Source of the DNA: an uncultured Candidatus Saccharibacteria bacterium
GTDB lineage: Bacteria > Patescibacteriota > Doudnabacteria > UBA920 > O2-02-FULL-48-8
Length of the DNA: 64,000 nt
Direction: 5' to 3'
Assembly (NCBI GenBank): GCA_964605735.1
Contig: CAZSDS010000001.1
Coordinates: forward strand, 134,771 to 198,770
Position 1 is the stretch's first letter, and each line of letters starts with the position of its first letter. Below the pieces are notes generated by a model. The model saw only the letters and a program-made list of their open reading frames with translations, was not told the DNA's origin and did no database searches. Shown here piece by piece: positions 46,913 through 56,230 of the stretch. The translations under genes and the position numbers were made by a program.

Positions 46913-49018
46913 ATGATAGCATCAGACAACGACATTACGCTGTTTGCCAAAACCAACTTCCGAAACAGGGAAGTGCCTTTTGGTATCCGCCGGGATGACC
47001 GCCGCCGCCACATGTACGTGATCGGAAAGACGGGTATGGGAAAAACCACCCTGATCGAAAACATGGTTGTGCAGGATATTATGAATGGCCATGGCGTGGC
47101 GTTTGTAGATCCGCACGGAGACTCAGTTGAAAAGATCCTGAATTATATACCGGCGAATCGCATCAATGATGTAATTTATTTAAACCCGGCTGATGTTGAT
47201 TTCCCAATTGCATTTAACCCGCTGGAAGCGGTAGATCCAAAGCACAAGCATCTCGTTGCTTCCGGTTTGATGGGCGTGTTTACCAAAATCTGGGCCGGTG
47301 TCTGGTCTCCCAGGATGGAATACATTTTACAGAACACCATCCTCGCGCTTTTGGATTCACCCGGCAACACCATGTTGGGGGTGGCCCGCATGTATGTGGA
47401 CAAAGCTTACCGCAAGAAAATCGTTGACAACATCAAAGATCCTGTTGTTAAGTCATTTTGGGTTGATGAATTTGCCAATTACCAGGACAAGTTCCGTACA
47501 GAGGCCGTGGCTCCGATCCAAAACAAGGTTGGCCAGTTCCTGTCCAACGCCATCATCAGAAACATAGTTGGCCAGACCAAAAGCACAATAGACATGCGCA
47601 AAATCATGGATGAAAAGAAGATTTTGCTTCTGAATCTGTCCAAAGGACGCATCGGTGAGGACAGCTCTGCTTTGCTTGGCGCCATGATCATCACCAAGCT
47701 TCAGCTGGCCGCCATGAGCCGCGTTGACGTGCCGGAAGAGGAACGCCCGGACTTTTACCTTTACGTTGATGAATTCCAGAACTTTGCCACGGAGTCATTT
47801 GCCAGCATTTTGTCTGAGGCCCGCAAATACCGTTTGAACCTGATTGTCGCGCACCAGTACATTGGCCAGCTTGTTCAGGATAAAAACACCATTGTCCGGG
47901 ATGCTATTTTTGGGAACGTGGGGACTATGATCACGTTCCGTGTGGGCGCTGACGACGCCGAGTTTTTGGAAAAGGAATTTGAACCAGTCTTTACTATGAA
48001 CGATTTAGTCAACCTTTCCAAGTACAGCATTTATCTTAAATTGATGATTAATGGCGTGGCTTCCAACCCTTTTTCAGCCACAACCCTGCCGCCTATTGCT
48101 GAGGCTACTGGAAACGTGGACAAGGTTATTCGCGTCTCCCGCGAGCGTTATGCTGTGCCGCGGCAGATAGTTGAACAGAAAATCAGCAAGTGGTTAGGCG
48201 CTGAATTCCACGCGGAAGCCGCTAAAGCTGAAAGCGATTCAATGGATGAGGAGGGGGTTTCAGATGAGCTCCGTTTCAGGCACGCACAGCCAAAACCATC
48301 TGTGGTCCCAACTCCAGCAAGGACAGCTCCAGTGATGCAATCAGTGTCGGTTCCGGCCGAGCCGATTCCGGTTTCAACCCGGAAAGAACCGGTCTCAACT
48401 CCGATTACCAAACCTGAGCCGAAAAAAGAGAATAAACAGGAATCCAAGCCAGTGGAGCAAAAAGGAAAGCATTCGTCTAAGAATCATGACAAGCATGCAC
48501 GTTCCCATCAACCGCAAGAGCGCAGGTCAGAACAGTCAGACAGGCATCCAGGAAGGCGTTCCGGAGACAAGAAGAAGCACGAGAACCCTATCTGGGAAAC
48601 AGTCACCAAGCTCACCACAGACAAGATCAAAAGCAGTGTCGAGAAAACCAACCAGGCTTTGGATACCTTAAGCAAATCGCTTCAGGACTCCGTGGTTATT
48701 GACAAGCCTAAATTCACGCCGGCGCCAAAGATAAAAGCTCCCGAGCCGGTCATTCCTGCCAAGCCACGGACACAAGAAACTCATGTCATTGAAAAACCTG
48801 TCCAGAAGCAGGAAAAAAATGACTTCCTGGATCTTGGTTTTACGGAATTGCCAGAACCGGAACATCAAGAGGCTTTGCCGCGCCATTTCAGCGAGCCTGA
48901 ACTTCCTTCACATGATGTGCACCCGGATAACCCTGCAGAATCACCGCACGAGAATATTCAAGACCTTATTTCGCGGCATGGCGAGATAAAGCCGGGGCAA
49001 ACCATCAAGTTTGATTAA
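46913..49018 (+). CDS. TraG/VirD4/HerA-like ATPase (T4SS coupling-like)
   Basis: HMYVIGKTGMGKT, DPHGD, YVDEFQNF, SEARKY, AHQY; disordered C-tail. Confidence 0.88.
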   Translation: MIASDNDITLFAKTNFRNREVPFGIRRDDRRRHMYVIGKTGMGKTTLIENMVVQDIMNGHGVAFVDPHGDSVEKILNYIPANRINDVIYLNPADVDFPIAFNPLEAVDPKHKHLVASGLMGVFTKIWAGVWSPRMEYILQNTILALLDSPGNTMLGVARMYVDKAYRKKIVDNIKDPVVKSFWVDEFANYQDKFRTEAVAPIQNKVGQFLSNAIIRNIVGQTKSTIDMRKIMDEKKILLLNLSKGRIGEDSSALLGAMIITKLQLAAMSRVDVPEEERPDFYLYVDEFQNFATESFASILSEARKYRLNLIVAHQYIGQLVQDKNTIVRDAIFGNVGTMITFRVGADDAEFLEKEFEPVFTMNDLVNLSKYSIYLKLMINGVASNPFSATTLPPIAEATGNVDKVIRVSRERYAVPRQIVEQKISKWLGAEFHAEAAKAESDSMDEEGVSDELRFRHAQPKPSVVPTPARTAPVMQSVSVPAEPIPVSTRKEPVSTPITKPEPKKENKQESKPVEQKGKHSSKNHDKHARSHQPQERRSEQSDRHPGRRSGDKKKHENPIWETVTKLTTDKIKSSVEKTNQALDTLSKSLQDSVVIDKPKFTPAPKIKAPEPVIPAKPRTQETHVIEKPVQKQEKNDFLDLGFTELPEPEHQEALPRHFSEPELPSHDVHPDNPAESPHENIQDLISRHGEIKPGQTIKFD

Positions 49019-49093
49019 CAAGGATTCCCGACGCCGCAAGGTTGATCGGGAGTCTTATTTATGGTAAAATATTTTTTGTTTAAGACTAATCCA

Positions 49094-50173
49094 ATGACCA
49101 GAGCAAACAAGAAAAAAACTGTTGTAGTGGGTCTCTCCGGTGGGGTAGACTCCTCGCTTACTGCAGCTTTGTTGAAGAAACAGGGCTATTTTGTTATTGG
49201 CGTTTTTATGAAGAACTGGTCTGATGATTTTGGCGATTATGGCTGTACTTGGGCTGAGGATGCGGAAGATGCGCGCAAAGTCGCACAGACTTTGGATATA
49301 CCATTTTACGTTTGGAATTTTGAAAAAGAATATTATGCCAAGGTGGTCGAATACTTTTTGAAGGAATATGAGGCGGGTCGCACTCCAAATCCCGATATAT
49401 TGTGCAACAGCGAAATCAAATTTAAAGTCTTTTTGGAAAAGGCTATGGGTTTGGGTGCGGATTTTGTGGCTACTGGGCATTATGCCCGGGTGCGTAAAAA
49501 GGAAGGCGCTTACCAGTTGCTGAAAGGCATTGACCCGTCTAAGGACCAGTCATATTTTTTGTATAGGTTGACCCAGGAACAGTTGGGCAAGGTTTTGTTT
49601 CCCATTGGCGAATATCATAAGAGCGAAGTGCGGGAACTGGCGAAGAAATTCAAACTCCCAACTTATGCAAAAAAGGATTCGCAAGGCATTTGTTTCATCG
49701 GGAAAATCAATGTTACTGAGTTTTTGAAAGAGCATATAAAGGCTGCTGCAGGTGAGATTGTTACAGCCACTGGCCAGGTGGTGGGCAAACACTATGGCTT
49801 GCCATATTACACCATTGGCCAGCGCGAGGGGATTGGAATTGGTGGGCAGGGTCCGTATTATGTAGTCGCAAAGCAATTTGATTCAAACAAGCTCCTTGTT
49901 ACGAACAATAAGAATGATCCCGGGCTTTGGAAAAGGGAGTTTACGGTGGGTGATATTAGCTGGACCGGAAATATACCTCAAATGCCAAGCAAATTGGGGG
50001 TTACCATCAGATACCACCATCCTGATTGCCAGGCCTTGATTAATTCATCGGAAAATGGTATACTTAATATACGTTTTGATCAACCGCAAAGAGCGATAAC
50101 ACCAGGACAGTCTGCAGTCATTTATGACGGCGATGTATGCCTGGGTGGAGGAGTGATCGAGGAAATTCTTTAG
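49094..50173 (+). CDS. mnmA: tRNA 2-thiouridylase MnmA
   Basis: SGGVDSS, TPNPDILCN, ATGHY, KDQSYFL, DSQGICF, TPGQ. Confidence 0.96.
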   Translation: MTRANKKKTVVVGLSGGVDSSLTAALLKKQGYFVIGVFMKNWSDDFGDYGCTWAEDAEDARKVAQTLDIPFYVWNFEKEYYAKVVEYFLKEYEAGRTPNPDILCNSEIKFKVFLEKAMGLGADFVATGHYARVRKKEGAYQLLKGIDPSKDQSYFLYRLTQEQLGKVLFPIGEYHKSEVRELAKKFKLPTYAKKDSQGICFIGKINVTEFLKEHIKAAAGEIVTATGQVVGKHYGLPYYTIGQREGIGIGGQGPYYVVAKQFDSNKLLVTNNKNDPGLWKREFTVGDISWTGNIPQMPSKLGVTIRYHHPDCQALINSSENGILNIRFDQPQRAITPGQSAVIYDGDVCLGGGVIEEIL

Positions 50174-50181
50174 GAGGGACC

Positions 50182-50454
50182 ATGAGTGATCCGTCAGCTA
50201 GTCGGCGTAGCAGTCGCATCGGTTCACGTGCCAAGTACGTTGGCGCGCGTCGGTTTCGGCGGGTCAGAAGGTCTGCAAGTCCCCAGGGCAGCTTGATCGA
50301 GTATCAGGTTTCCCCGGATGCTGTGAGCTTCGATGAAGTGCTCAGAAACACGGACACTGCTCGTCTTCCTCAGCAGACCGACATGTCTCCACTTGCGGAC
50401 GGCGCCTTCCCTTGCTTTGAAGACGCCCTCAATTGCAAGAATGGCTACCACTAG
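50182..50454 (+). CDS. Arg-rich ORFan
   Basis: AGGAGGG SD; terminator ~50463-50500. Confidence 0.45.
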   Translation: MSDPSASRRSSRIGSRAKYVGARRFRRVRRSASPQGSLIEYQVSPDAVSFDEVLRNTDTARLPQQTDMSPLADGAFPCFEDALNCKNGYH

Positions 50455-50552
50455 CCGCAATCACACCCCGACCGTTTTTGAAACGATCGGGGTGTTCATT
50501 TTGTTGTTGTTTTGCTATAATATTGGTGAATTATTTAGTAAAACTAGGCAAT

Positions 50553-51065
50553 ATGAATATAAAAGACCTGCCATTTGGCGAGAACGAGAAGTTCAATGTA
50601 GTGGTGGAAATCCCTCAGGGAAGCCAGGATAAGTATGAGTATGATGAAAAGCTTGATGTTATTAAGCTGGATCGCGTGTTGTTCAGTTCGCAAACTTACC
50701 CTGCCAATTATGGATTCATACCCCAAACGCGCGCAGAGGACGGCGACCACACTGATGTGGTTTTGATTACAACCAATCCGATCAATTCAGGATTCATTGT
50801 TACTGCCCGCCCAATCGGATTTATGGAAATGATTGATGGCGGAGAAATCGATAATAAGATTATTGCCGTGCCTACTGAAGACCCAAGGTTCAACGATATA
50901 CAAAGCCTCGATGACTTGCCGGAGCATAAACTGAAAGAAATCCAAAACTTTTTCGAGACTTATAAACTGCTTCAAAACAAGAAAGTGGAAGTTAAGGGTT
51001 TTCAGGGCAAAGACCGCGCCATTCAGGAATTGGAACAGACAAAAGCAGCATACTCAAAAGAATAA
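50553..51065 (+). CDS. ppa: Family I inorganic pyrophosphatase
   Basis: KYEYD, LDRVL, YPANYGFIPQT, DGD..D, D.KIIAV. Confidence 0.93.
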   Translation: MNIKDLPFGENEKFNVVVEIPQGSQDKYEYDEKLDVIKLDRVLFSSQTYPANYGFIPQTRAEDGDHTDVVLITTNPINSGFIVTARPIGFMEMIDGGEIDNKIIAVPTEDPRFNDIQSLDDLPEHKLKEIQNFFETYKLLQNKKVEVKGFQGKDRAIQELEQTKAAYSKE

Positions 51066-51098
51066 AAAATCCCGCTCACTAAAGAGCGGGTTTTTTGA

Positions 51099-51293
51099 CT
51101 AAAGGGGTGCAATCCCCAGTTTTTGGAGAAACTGCGTGTCGTTCCACTTGGCTCCAACCAGGGTGGGTGGAGCGTCCAGGTGTCCGTCGTCGTCAGGCAG
51201 AGTTGGTGTGTTGAGCTGATTTCGATCTTGAAGGATCTCCATCACAACCAGAGGCGCCACAAAGAGTATTACTGCGCCGAGAATTTTAAGCAT
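51099..51293 (-). CDS. Small membrane ORFan
   Basis: GGGGGTG SD; hydrophobic N-terminus; TGTTATAAT upstream. Confidence 0.45.
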   Translation of the reverse strand: MLKILGAVILFVAPLVVMEILQDRNQLNTPTLPDDDGHLDAPPTLVGAKWNDTQFLQKLGIAPL

Positions 51294-51365
51294 GGCAACA
51301 CCCCCAGGAAGGTTCCTCCGAAAAGCTTTGTTAAATTATAACACAAGCAATCGGTGGATCGCAGA

Positions 51366-51635
51366 CTACATCATGCCCTTGAATTTTTCCATTAGGATCT
51401 GTTTGAGCTGGCCGTTGGCGTCATTGTAGGCTTGCTGGATGTTGTTTTCGATCTCAGAAGGGGATAGCTGGGCTTCAGGAGATACATGGACGCGTTTTAT
51501 TTCATAACTGCCGTTAATGGCGATTTTCAGGGTGCCGTCTTTTGAAACACCTATGACTTCTTCTGATTCCAGTTGTTTTTTCATTTCCCGTGCCTGCTTT
51601 TGCAGGTTATACATGTCTTTAAGTTGTCCGAACAT
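51366..51635 (-). CDS. YbaB/EbfC nucleoid-associated protein
   Basis: LQKQA.EM..QL, G..K.AING, A.NDA. Confidence 0.85.
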   Translation of the reverse strand: MFGQLKDMYNLQKQAREMKKQLESEEVIGVSKDGTLKIAINGSYEIKRVHVSPEAQLSPSEIENNIQQAYNDANGQLKQILMEKFKGMM

Positions 51636-51729
51636 AGAGTGAGTGGGGTTAATTACAAAGCTAGGATATTATACCATGAGACGATAAAAAAAGCCGCAGC
51701 AGTATTGGCGCTGTGCGGCGGTGAATCGG

Positions 51730-52266
51730 TTATTCAGATGAAGCCTTGATCCACCCGAAAACCGAAATTAGCGAGAGGGTTACCGAATACGTTGACACAA
51801 GGACGAACAAAGCCGTCGGTAATACGTAGAACAGCTGATGGATGGAGTAGGCAAGTACTGGCAGGAGAATGCCGGCTGCTGCAACGGTGTTTACAATGCC
51901 AACCAGGGCTTTACTGCGTTGATCTACTCTGATGGCAGGATTCTTCCAGGTGTCAAACACTGACTCTGCTTGTTTTTCGGAAGCTTCGTATTCCTTCCAC
52001 TTCCGGTGCAAAAGGAAACCACCTTTTGCCACAAAGCCCAGAGTCCCGGCAACAATGAAGCAGGCAAAGGCCAGAGATGCCGCGGTGTTGACCACAGCCG
52101 CCAAATACACGGCGAAGATGGACAAGCCGGTGGCGGCGATCGTTGAAACCGCTTCCACTGAAATAACCTGGAACAACATGCCCGTTCTGGCCACAGCCCC
52201 TCGCATGGTGACGTTGGTAAGTTCTTCCAGAAATTTCCTATTCAGACGTTCATCATAGTCACTCAT
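51730..52266 (-). CDS. ORFan membrane protein
   Basis: AGGAGGAG SD; TTGACC-17-TATCAT promoter; about 4 TMs. Confidence 0.6.
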   Translation of the reverse strand: MSDYDERLNRKFLEELTNVTMRGAVARTGMLFQVISVEAVSTIAATGLSIFAVYLAAVVNTAASLAFACFIVAGTLGFVAKGGFLLHRKWKEYEASEKQAESVFDTWKNPAIRVDQRSKALVGIVNTVAAAGILLPVLAYSIHQLFYVLPTALFVLVSTYSVTLSLISVFGWIKASSE

Positions 52267-52394
52267 TCACTCCTCCTTTAGAGCATTCAGGGAATAGGAT
52301 ATGATATATAAAATAGCCTGTTTGGTCAAGGGTGTATGTACGGGGGTTGGGGTTGAAAAAAGTAGGTAAATGTACTAGAATAAAGTGTGTTTAT

Positions 52395-52470
52395 TGGGGT
52401 GTAGCCAAGCGGTAAGGCAGTGGACTCTGAATCCACCATTTCCTAGGTTCGAATCCTAGCACCCCAGCCA
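52395..52470 (+). tRNA. tRNA-Gln (CTG)
   Basis: TGGGGTG/CACCCCA acceptor, anticodon loop CT-CTG-AA, GTTCGAATC, encoded CCA. Confidence 0.95.
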
Positions 52471-52602
52471 AAGAAAGTTTTTGACTTTTGTCGAAAACTT
52501 TCTTTTGTTTTGAGCGGCTAGGATTCGAACTCATTTGGTTAAGAATCTTGAGCACAATAATTCAAGAAATTGACGAAATGCCGGCGAGAGAAGTCGAGCC
52601 GG

Positions 52603-52618
52603 CCTAGCACCCCAGCCA
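52603..52618 (+). repeat. Duplicate of tRNA-Gln 3' end (att-like)
   Basis: CCTAGCACCCCAGCCA identical to 52455-52470. Confidence 0.75.
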
Positions 52619-52832
52619 TGAAAATTCACCCGTAAATTCGGGTGTTTTTTCTTATGCCTAATTTCACTTTCGGACATTGTTCGAATTTGTTATGCTTTGA
52701 TTATGAAAAACACCGAACTTCACCTTAATGATTTTGGAATTAAATTCTGAGCAATTTACCTAAGGAAGCTCTTATTGCGGAAGAAGATTAGTTTTCTAGT
52801 AACAAACAATTTATTCGAACCCCTGCAAAAAC

Positions 52833-53225
52833 ATGACAAATTACTCAGTTAAAACCGTAACTGAATATATCAATGCCTCGCCAAAAACCGCGCGCTCACA
52901 CCTGAAAGAAATCAGGGCTGCAGTAAAATCCGCAATCCCAAAAGCTGAGGAAAAGATTGGCTATGGCAAACCTTACTATAAAACCAGCCGTTGGGTGGTT
53001 GGTTTTGACGTTTACAAGAACCACATTGGTTTTGAGATTTGGGATGGGCAGTTACCCTCCGAAAAGCGCAAATCTCTGGAAAAAAGCGGATACAAAACAG
53101 GGAACAAAACTTTCCAAATCCGATTCGACCAGAAAGTGCCGACTGCCATGATCAAGAGAATAACCAAAACCCAGGCAAAAAGGGAAGAGGTTAACCTGGC
53201 TAGCAAGAAAGGAGTTAGAAAATAA
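52833..53225 (+). CDS. DUF1801/YdhG-like protein
   Basis: V.EYI, P.AEEKIGYGKP, KNHIG. Confidence 0.8.
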   Translation: MTNYSVKTVTEYINASPKTARSHLKEIRAAVKSAIPKAEEKIGYGKPYYKTSRWVVGFDVYKNHIGFEIWDGQLPSEKRKSLEKSGYKTGNKTFQIRFDQKVPTAMIKRITKTQAKREEVNLASKKGVRK

Positions 53226-53566
53226 AAATTCTCCTTAAAAGAATTTACGAAAAACCCACAAAATCGGATGGTGTAAGAATTTTGGTGGACAGACTCTGGC
53301 CGCGCGGGGTCTCAAAAGATGCCGCTAAACTTGATATGTGGCTGAAGGATATTGCCCCGAGTACGGAATTACGCAAGTGGTTTTCGCACGACCCCAAAAA
53401 ATGGGTTGGCTTCAAGAAAAAATATACAGCTGAACTTAGAAAGAACAAGGATGCTGTTGTAAAACTGAAACAGTTTTTGAAGAAGAAAAAAGTCACTCTG
53501 CTTTATGGAGCAAGGGATAATGACCATAACGAAGCAATTGTAATCAAAGAGTTTTTTGAGAAATAA
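53222..53566 (+). CDS. DUF488/YeaO family protein (probable ATA start)
   Basis: KRIYE..DG.RILVDRLWPRG, WLKDIAPSTELRKWF.H, LLYGA. Confidence 0.85.
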   Translation: MKILLKRIYEKPTKSDGVRILVDRLWPRGVSKDAAKLDMWLKDIAPSTELRKWFSHDPKKWVGFKKKYTAELRKNKDAVVKLKQFLKKKKVTLLYGARDNDHNEAIVIKEFFEK

Positions 53567-53598
53567 AAAACCGCCAGATTTTTTCTGACGGTTGTTTA

Positions 53599-54561
53599 TT
53601 ATTTACTGGAAGCGGTTCGGATTTCTATCAAGCTAATGGCAACACCTGCAAGCAGTCCTCCTATAGCAGCCACGAAACTGCCCGCCCCTAAGTCCATGTA
53701 CGTGAAATTATTGTTTGGAATAAACACACCCCCTAAACCGAAGAATAGTAAGCCGTGGATTAAGCCTGCGAATGCTCCCGCGGTTATTGTGTGAAGTTTA
53801 ATATTCCAGTTGTCTATCATAAACGCTGGAATTAGATATACCATTGTCACCAGCCAAGTAGGTATGTGTAGAAAAGTGTCGCCAGGGGTATACGGTACAT
53901 CATAAATGAGCATTTGCATGAAAACAAAAACAAAAGCTGTTATGGTTGCTGCGTAAGATTTTTTGAATAAACTTGCAGATGTTAGGAATGTTAGGATTAC
54001 AATAAATGCAGTAACAATAACACCTAAATTGCCTAGTATCTGATGTGGTCCTGCAGGTAGAAATGGGCCGAAGAATATCATCGTTACATTAAGAAATAAT
54101 CCCACAAAAGCCGGGCCAAGTGTATTGTTGTGTTTATAGGAGGACTCTTTTCTTAACAGAAGTGAAAACAAAAATAGGCCAGCCATAGCCGCAATAAAAA
54201 TTAACAAATGCGGTGGGCTCCAAACTATGGTTACATCTCTCGGGTTCTCCACTTCTCTATAAGCATGAAGAACTGTATCAATCAGCCCGGCAATGGGGAG
54301 GACCGTAGCGATGACAGCGAGGTGTTTCCACATAACATTTGATGTCACACTGTAAGCTTTCCAGCCCAGGAAAATCGTCCCGATTGCTCCAATGTGAATA
54401 AAGAGGTGAGGGAAAGCAAACAAGGATTCTACCTGCCCAGATAGATGCCAGTAAGCGTCAAAACTCGCACCAAAAGATCCGATAAATAATAGAATGGCTG
54501 TCCATTTTATATAAAAATTTTTATTTTTTGGCATTTTGTTTCTAACAGGTTTTTCTTTCAT
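53599..54561 (-). CDS. Polytopic membrane protein with D-x3-H...H metal motifs
   Basis: DAYWH-x12-H, DTVLH...WSPPH; many TMs; AT-rich. Confidence 0.7.
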   Translation of the reverse strand: MKEKPVRNKMPKNKNFYIKWTAILLFIGSFGASFDAYWHLSGQVESLFAFPHLFIHIGAIGTIFLGWKAYSVTSNVMWKHLAVIATVLPIAGLIDTVLHAYREVENPRDVTIVWSPPHLLIFIAAMAGLFLFSLLLRKESSYKHNNTLGPAFVGLFLNVTMIFFGPFLPAGPHQILGNLGVIVTAFIVILTFLTSASLFKKSYAATITAFVFVFMQMLIYDVPYTPGDTFLHIPTWLVTMVYLIPAFMIDNWNIKLHTITAGAFAGLIHGLLFFGLGGVFIPNNNFTYMDLGAGSFVAAIGGLLAGVAISLIEIRTASSK

Positions 54562-54727
54562 TCATTATACCACAGTTTTTATTTTGCAATCGGCCTTTCT
54601 AAAGCAAGAAAAAAGGGCGCTAAAATCCCTAAAAGAAAGTCTGCCAACAAACAAATATTGGTAAATACGATAAAATTTTTATTCGTATGGTATAATTTCC
54701 CTAAGATAATTGATTTTCGAAACAAAA

Positions 54728-55309
54728 ATGACGGAATTATTGATTGAGTACCGGGAGTTTATTGTTCCATTGCATGTGCTTGCTACTACGCTCGGGTTAG
54801 GCGGGGCGATTGTGACTGACTTCATGTTTATGAGGTTCTTGAAGGACTACAGAGTAAGTGCGGAAGAAAAAGAAACACTAGACAACCTCTCCTTGGTTAT
54901 TTGGGGCGGTTTGGCCTTGCTTGTTTTGACTGGGCTCTTGCTCTTCTGGCCATACAAGACTGTTTTGCTCCAAACGCCCTTTTTCCAGATGAAAATGATT
55001 GCAGTGGGTGTAATTCTGGTCAATGGAATTTTTTTGAATTTCTTTGTTTCTCCAAAACTGACTTCGATTGTTTTTAATGATCCCAGCCAGAATTCGCCGG
55101 CTGTAAACAGGGTCCGAAGACTGTCTCCGTTGTTTGGCGGCATTTCCATCACTTCCTGGCTTTATACTTTCTTTTTGGGTTCAATGAGTTCTTACCTTGA
55201 TTACTCTTTTACTTTTTTGCTTTCTGTGTACTTGGTTTTGCTGGCAAGCGGAATCAGTGCAGTTTTTTTGGTAACAAAATTAAAATTTAGGAAAAGAAGG
55301 ATTGAATAA
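54728..55309 (+). CDS. Hypothetical membrane protein
   Basis: H...LGLGGA..TD, TG..L, KM..V, about 5 TMs. Confidence 0.7.
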   Translation: MTELLIEYREFIVPLHVLATTLGLGGAIVTDFMFMRFLKDYRVSAEEKETLDNLSLVIWGGLALLVLTGLLLFWPYKTVLLQTPFFQMKMIAVGVILVNGIFLNFFVSPKLTSIVFNDPSQNSPAVNRVRRLSPLFGGISITSWLYTFFLGSMSSYLDYSFTFLLSVYLVLLASGISAVFLVTKLKFRKRRIE

Positions 55310-55310
55310 T

Positions 55311-55478
55311 ATGACACACTACGTTTGCGATGGCGGCTGTCAGGGCAATGCCCCTGAACCAGGTGTATGCATGATGGCAACCTGCCCAAGACACGGCATG
55401 CCTTTGCGTGAGTGCAATTGCACGGACGGACAGCATAAACAGGATCAGGAACAAGTCCAGGAAAAGGAAACTGTATGA
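55311..55478 (+). CDS. Small Cys-rich protein (55 aa)
   Basis: MTHYVCDGGC..PGVC...C..HG.PL.ECNCTDG.H; ATGA overlap with next gene; below ORF-track cutoff. Confidence 0.7.
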   Translation: MTHYVCDGGCQGNAPEPGVCMMATCPRHGMPLRECNCTDGQHKQDQEQVQEKETV

Positions 55479-55744
55479 GGGAAACTCCAGGGTCCTTACC
55501 TGAAGAGATGCTGGAAGATGATGACTGCAAATATTGCAGTGGGAGCGGCTGCGTACACTGCAGGGGCAAAAAAGCTGATGCATCCGTTCAGGCGCAAATC
55601 AAGGCTAATCTGAAAAAACTGCGTGACCTGGATAAAGAGGCGGAGTTAGGATCAAAATTGGTTGAAGATAATATTGCTGACAGGCCAGATTGGCAAGAGT
55701 TAAAAAAACAGCTCAGCCAGAAACCTGACACTAAAAAACACTGA
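55475..55744 (+). CDS. Small protein with DnaJ-type zinc motif
   Basis: CKYCSGSGCVHCRG. Confidence 0.6.
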   Translation: MRETPGSLPEEMLEDDDCKYCSGSGCVHCRGKKADASVQAQIKANLKKLRDLDKEAELGSKLVEDNIADRPDWQELKKQLSQKPDTKKH

Positions 55745-55806
55745 GGCGTTTCATAAAAAAGACCTAACCGAAGTTCGGTTAGGTCTGGTGCTGTGCGTAG
55801 CACGCG

Positions 55807-56100
55807 CTACTTGATGCGCCGCAGGTTACGCTTGCGGACGCTTTTTTCGCGTGGCGGCGCCGGGCGCGTACGCTGGAAATTCCTCATCTCCACGTATGAG
55901 TTTGGCATTCGCTCAAGCATCTTGTTTACCTTGCGCTTGATGAGGAGCCTGGCGCTGTTTTCGCAGTAGGCCAGGGTGTAAACAAACGCCCCTTGTCCTG
56001 CGCTGGGTTTGGATGGGATTTTTGGCGCTTCGGGACAGAAGGCCCTGTACTCCCAACGCTCCGCCGGTGTCTGCTGCAACGACTGTTGTTTTGGTAGCAA
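55807..56100 (-). CDS. Basic ORFan (TTG start)
   Basis: AAGGAGGACCTT-TTG; TTGACA-17-TATACT promoter. Confidence 0.55.
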   Translation of the reverse strand: MLPKQQSLQQTPAERWEYRAFCPEAPKIPSKPSAGQGAFVYTLAYCENSARLLIKRKVNKMLERMPNSYVEMRNFQRTRPAPPREKSVRKRNLRRIK

Positions 56101-56230
56101 AAGGTCCTCCTTGACCCTGAAATTCAAAGCAGTATATCTTATTTTGGCATACTTGTCAATGCTCCCGCAAGCAAATTGAAACTCATAAGGGAAATCCATA
56201 TAATAGAGAAAATCATTAAGTCAAAATACT

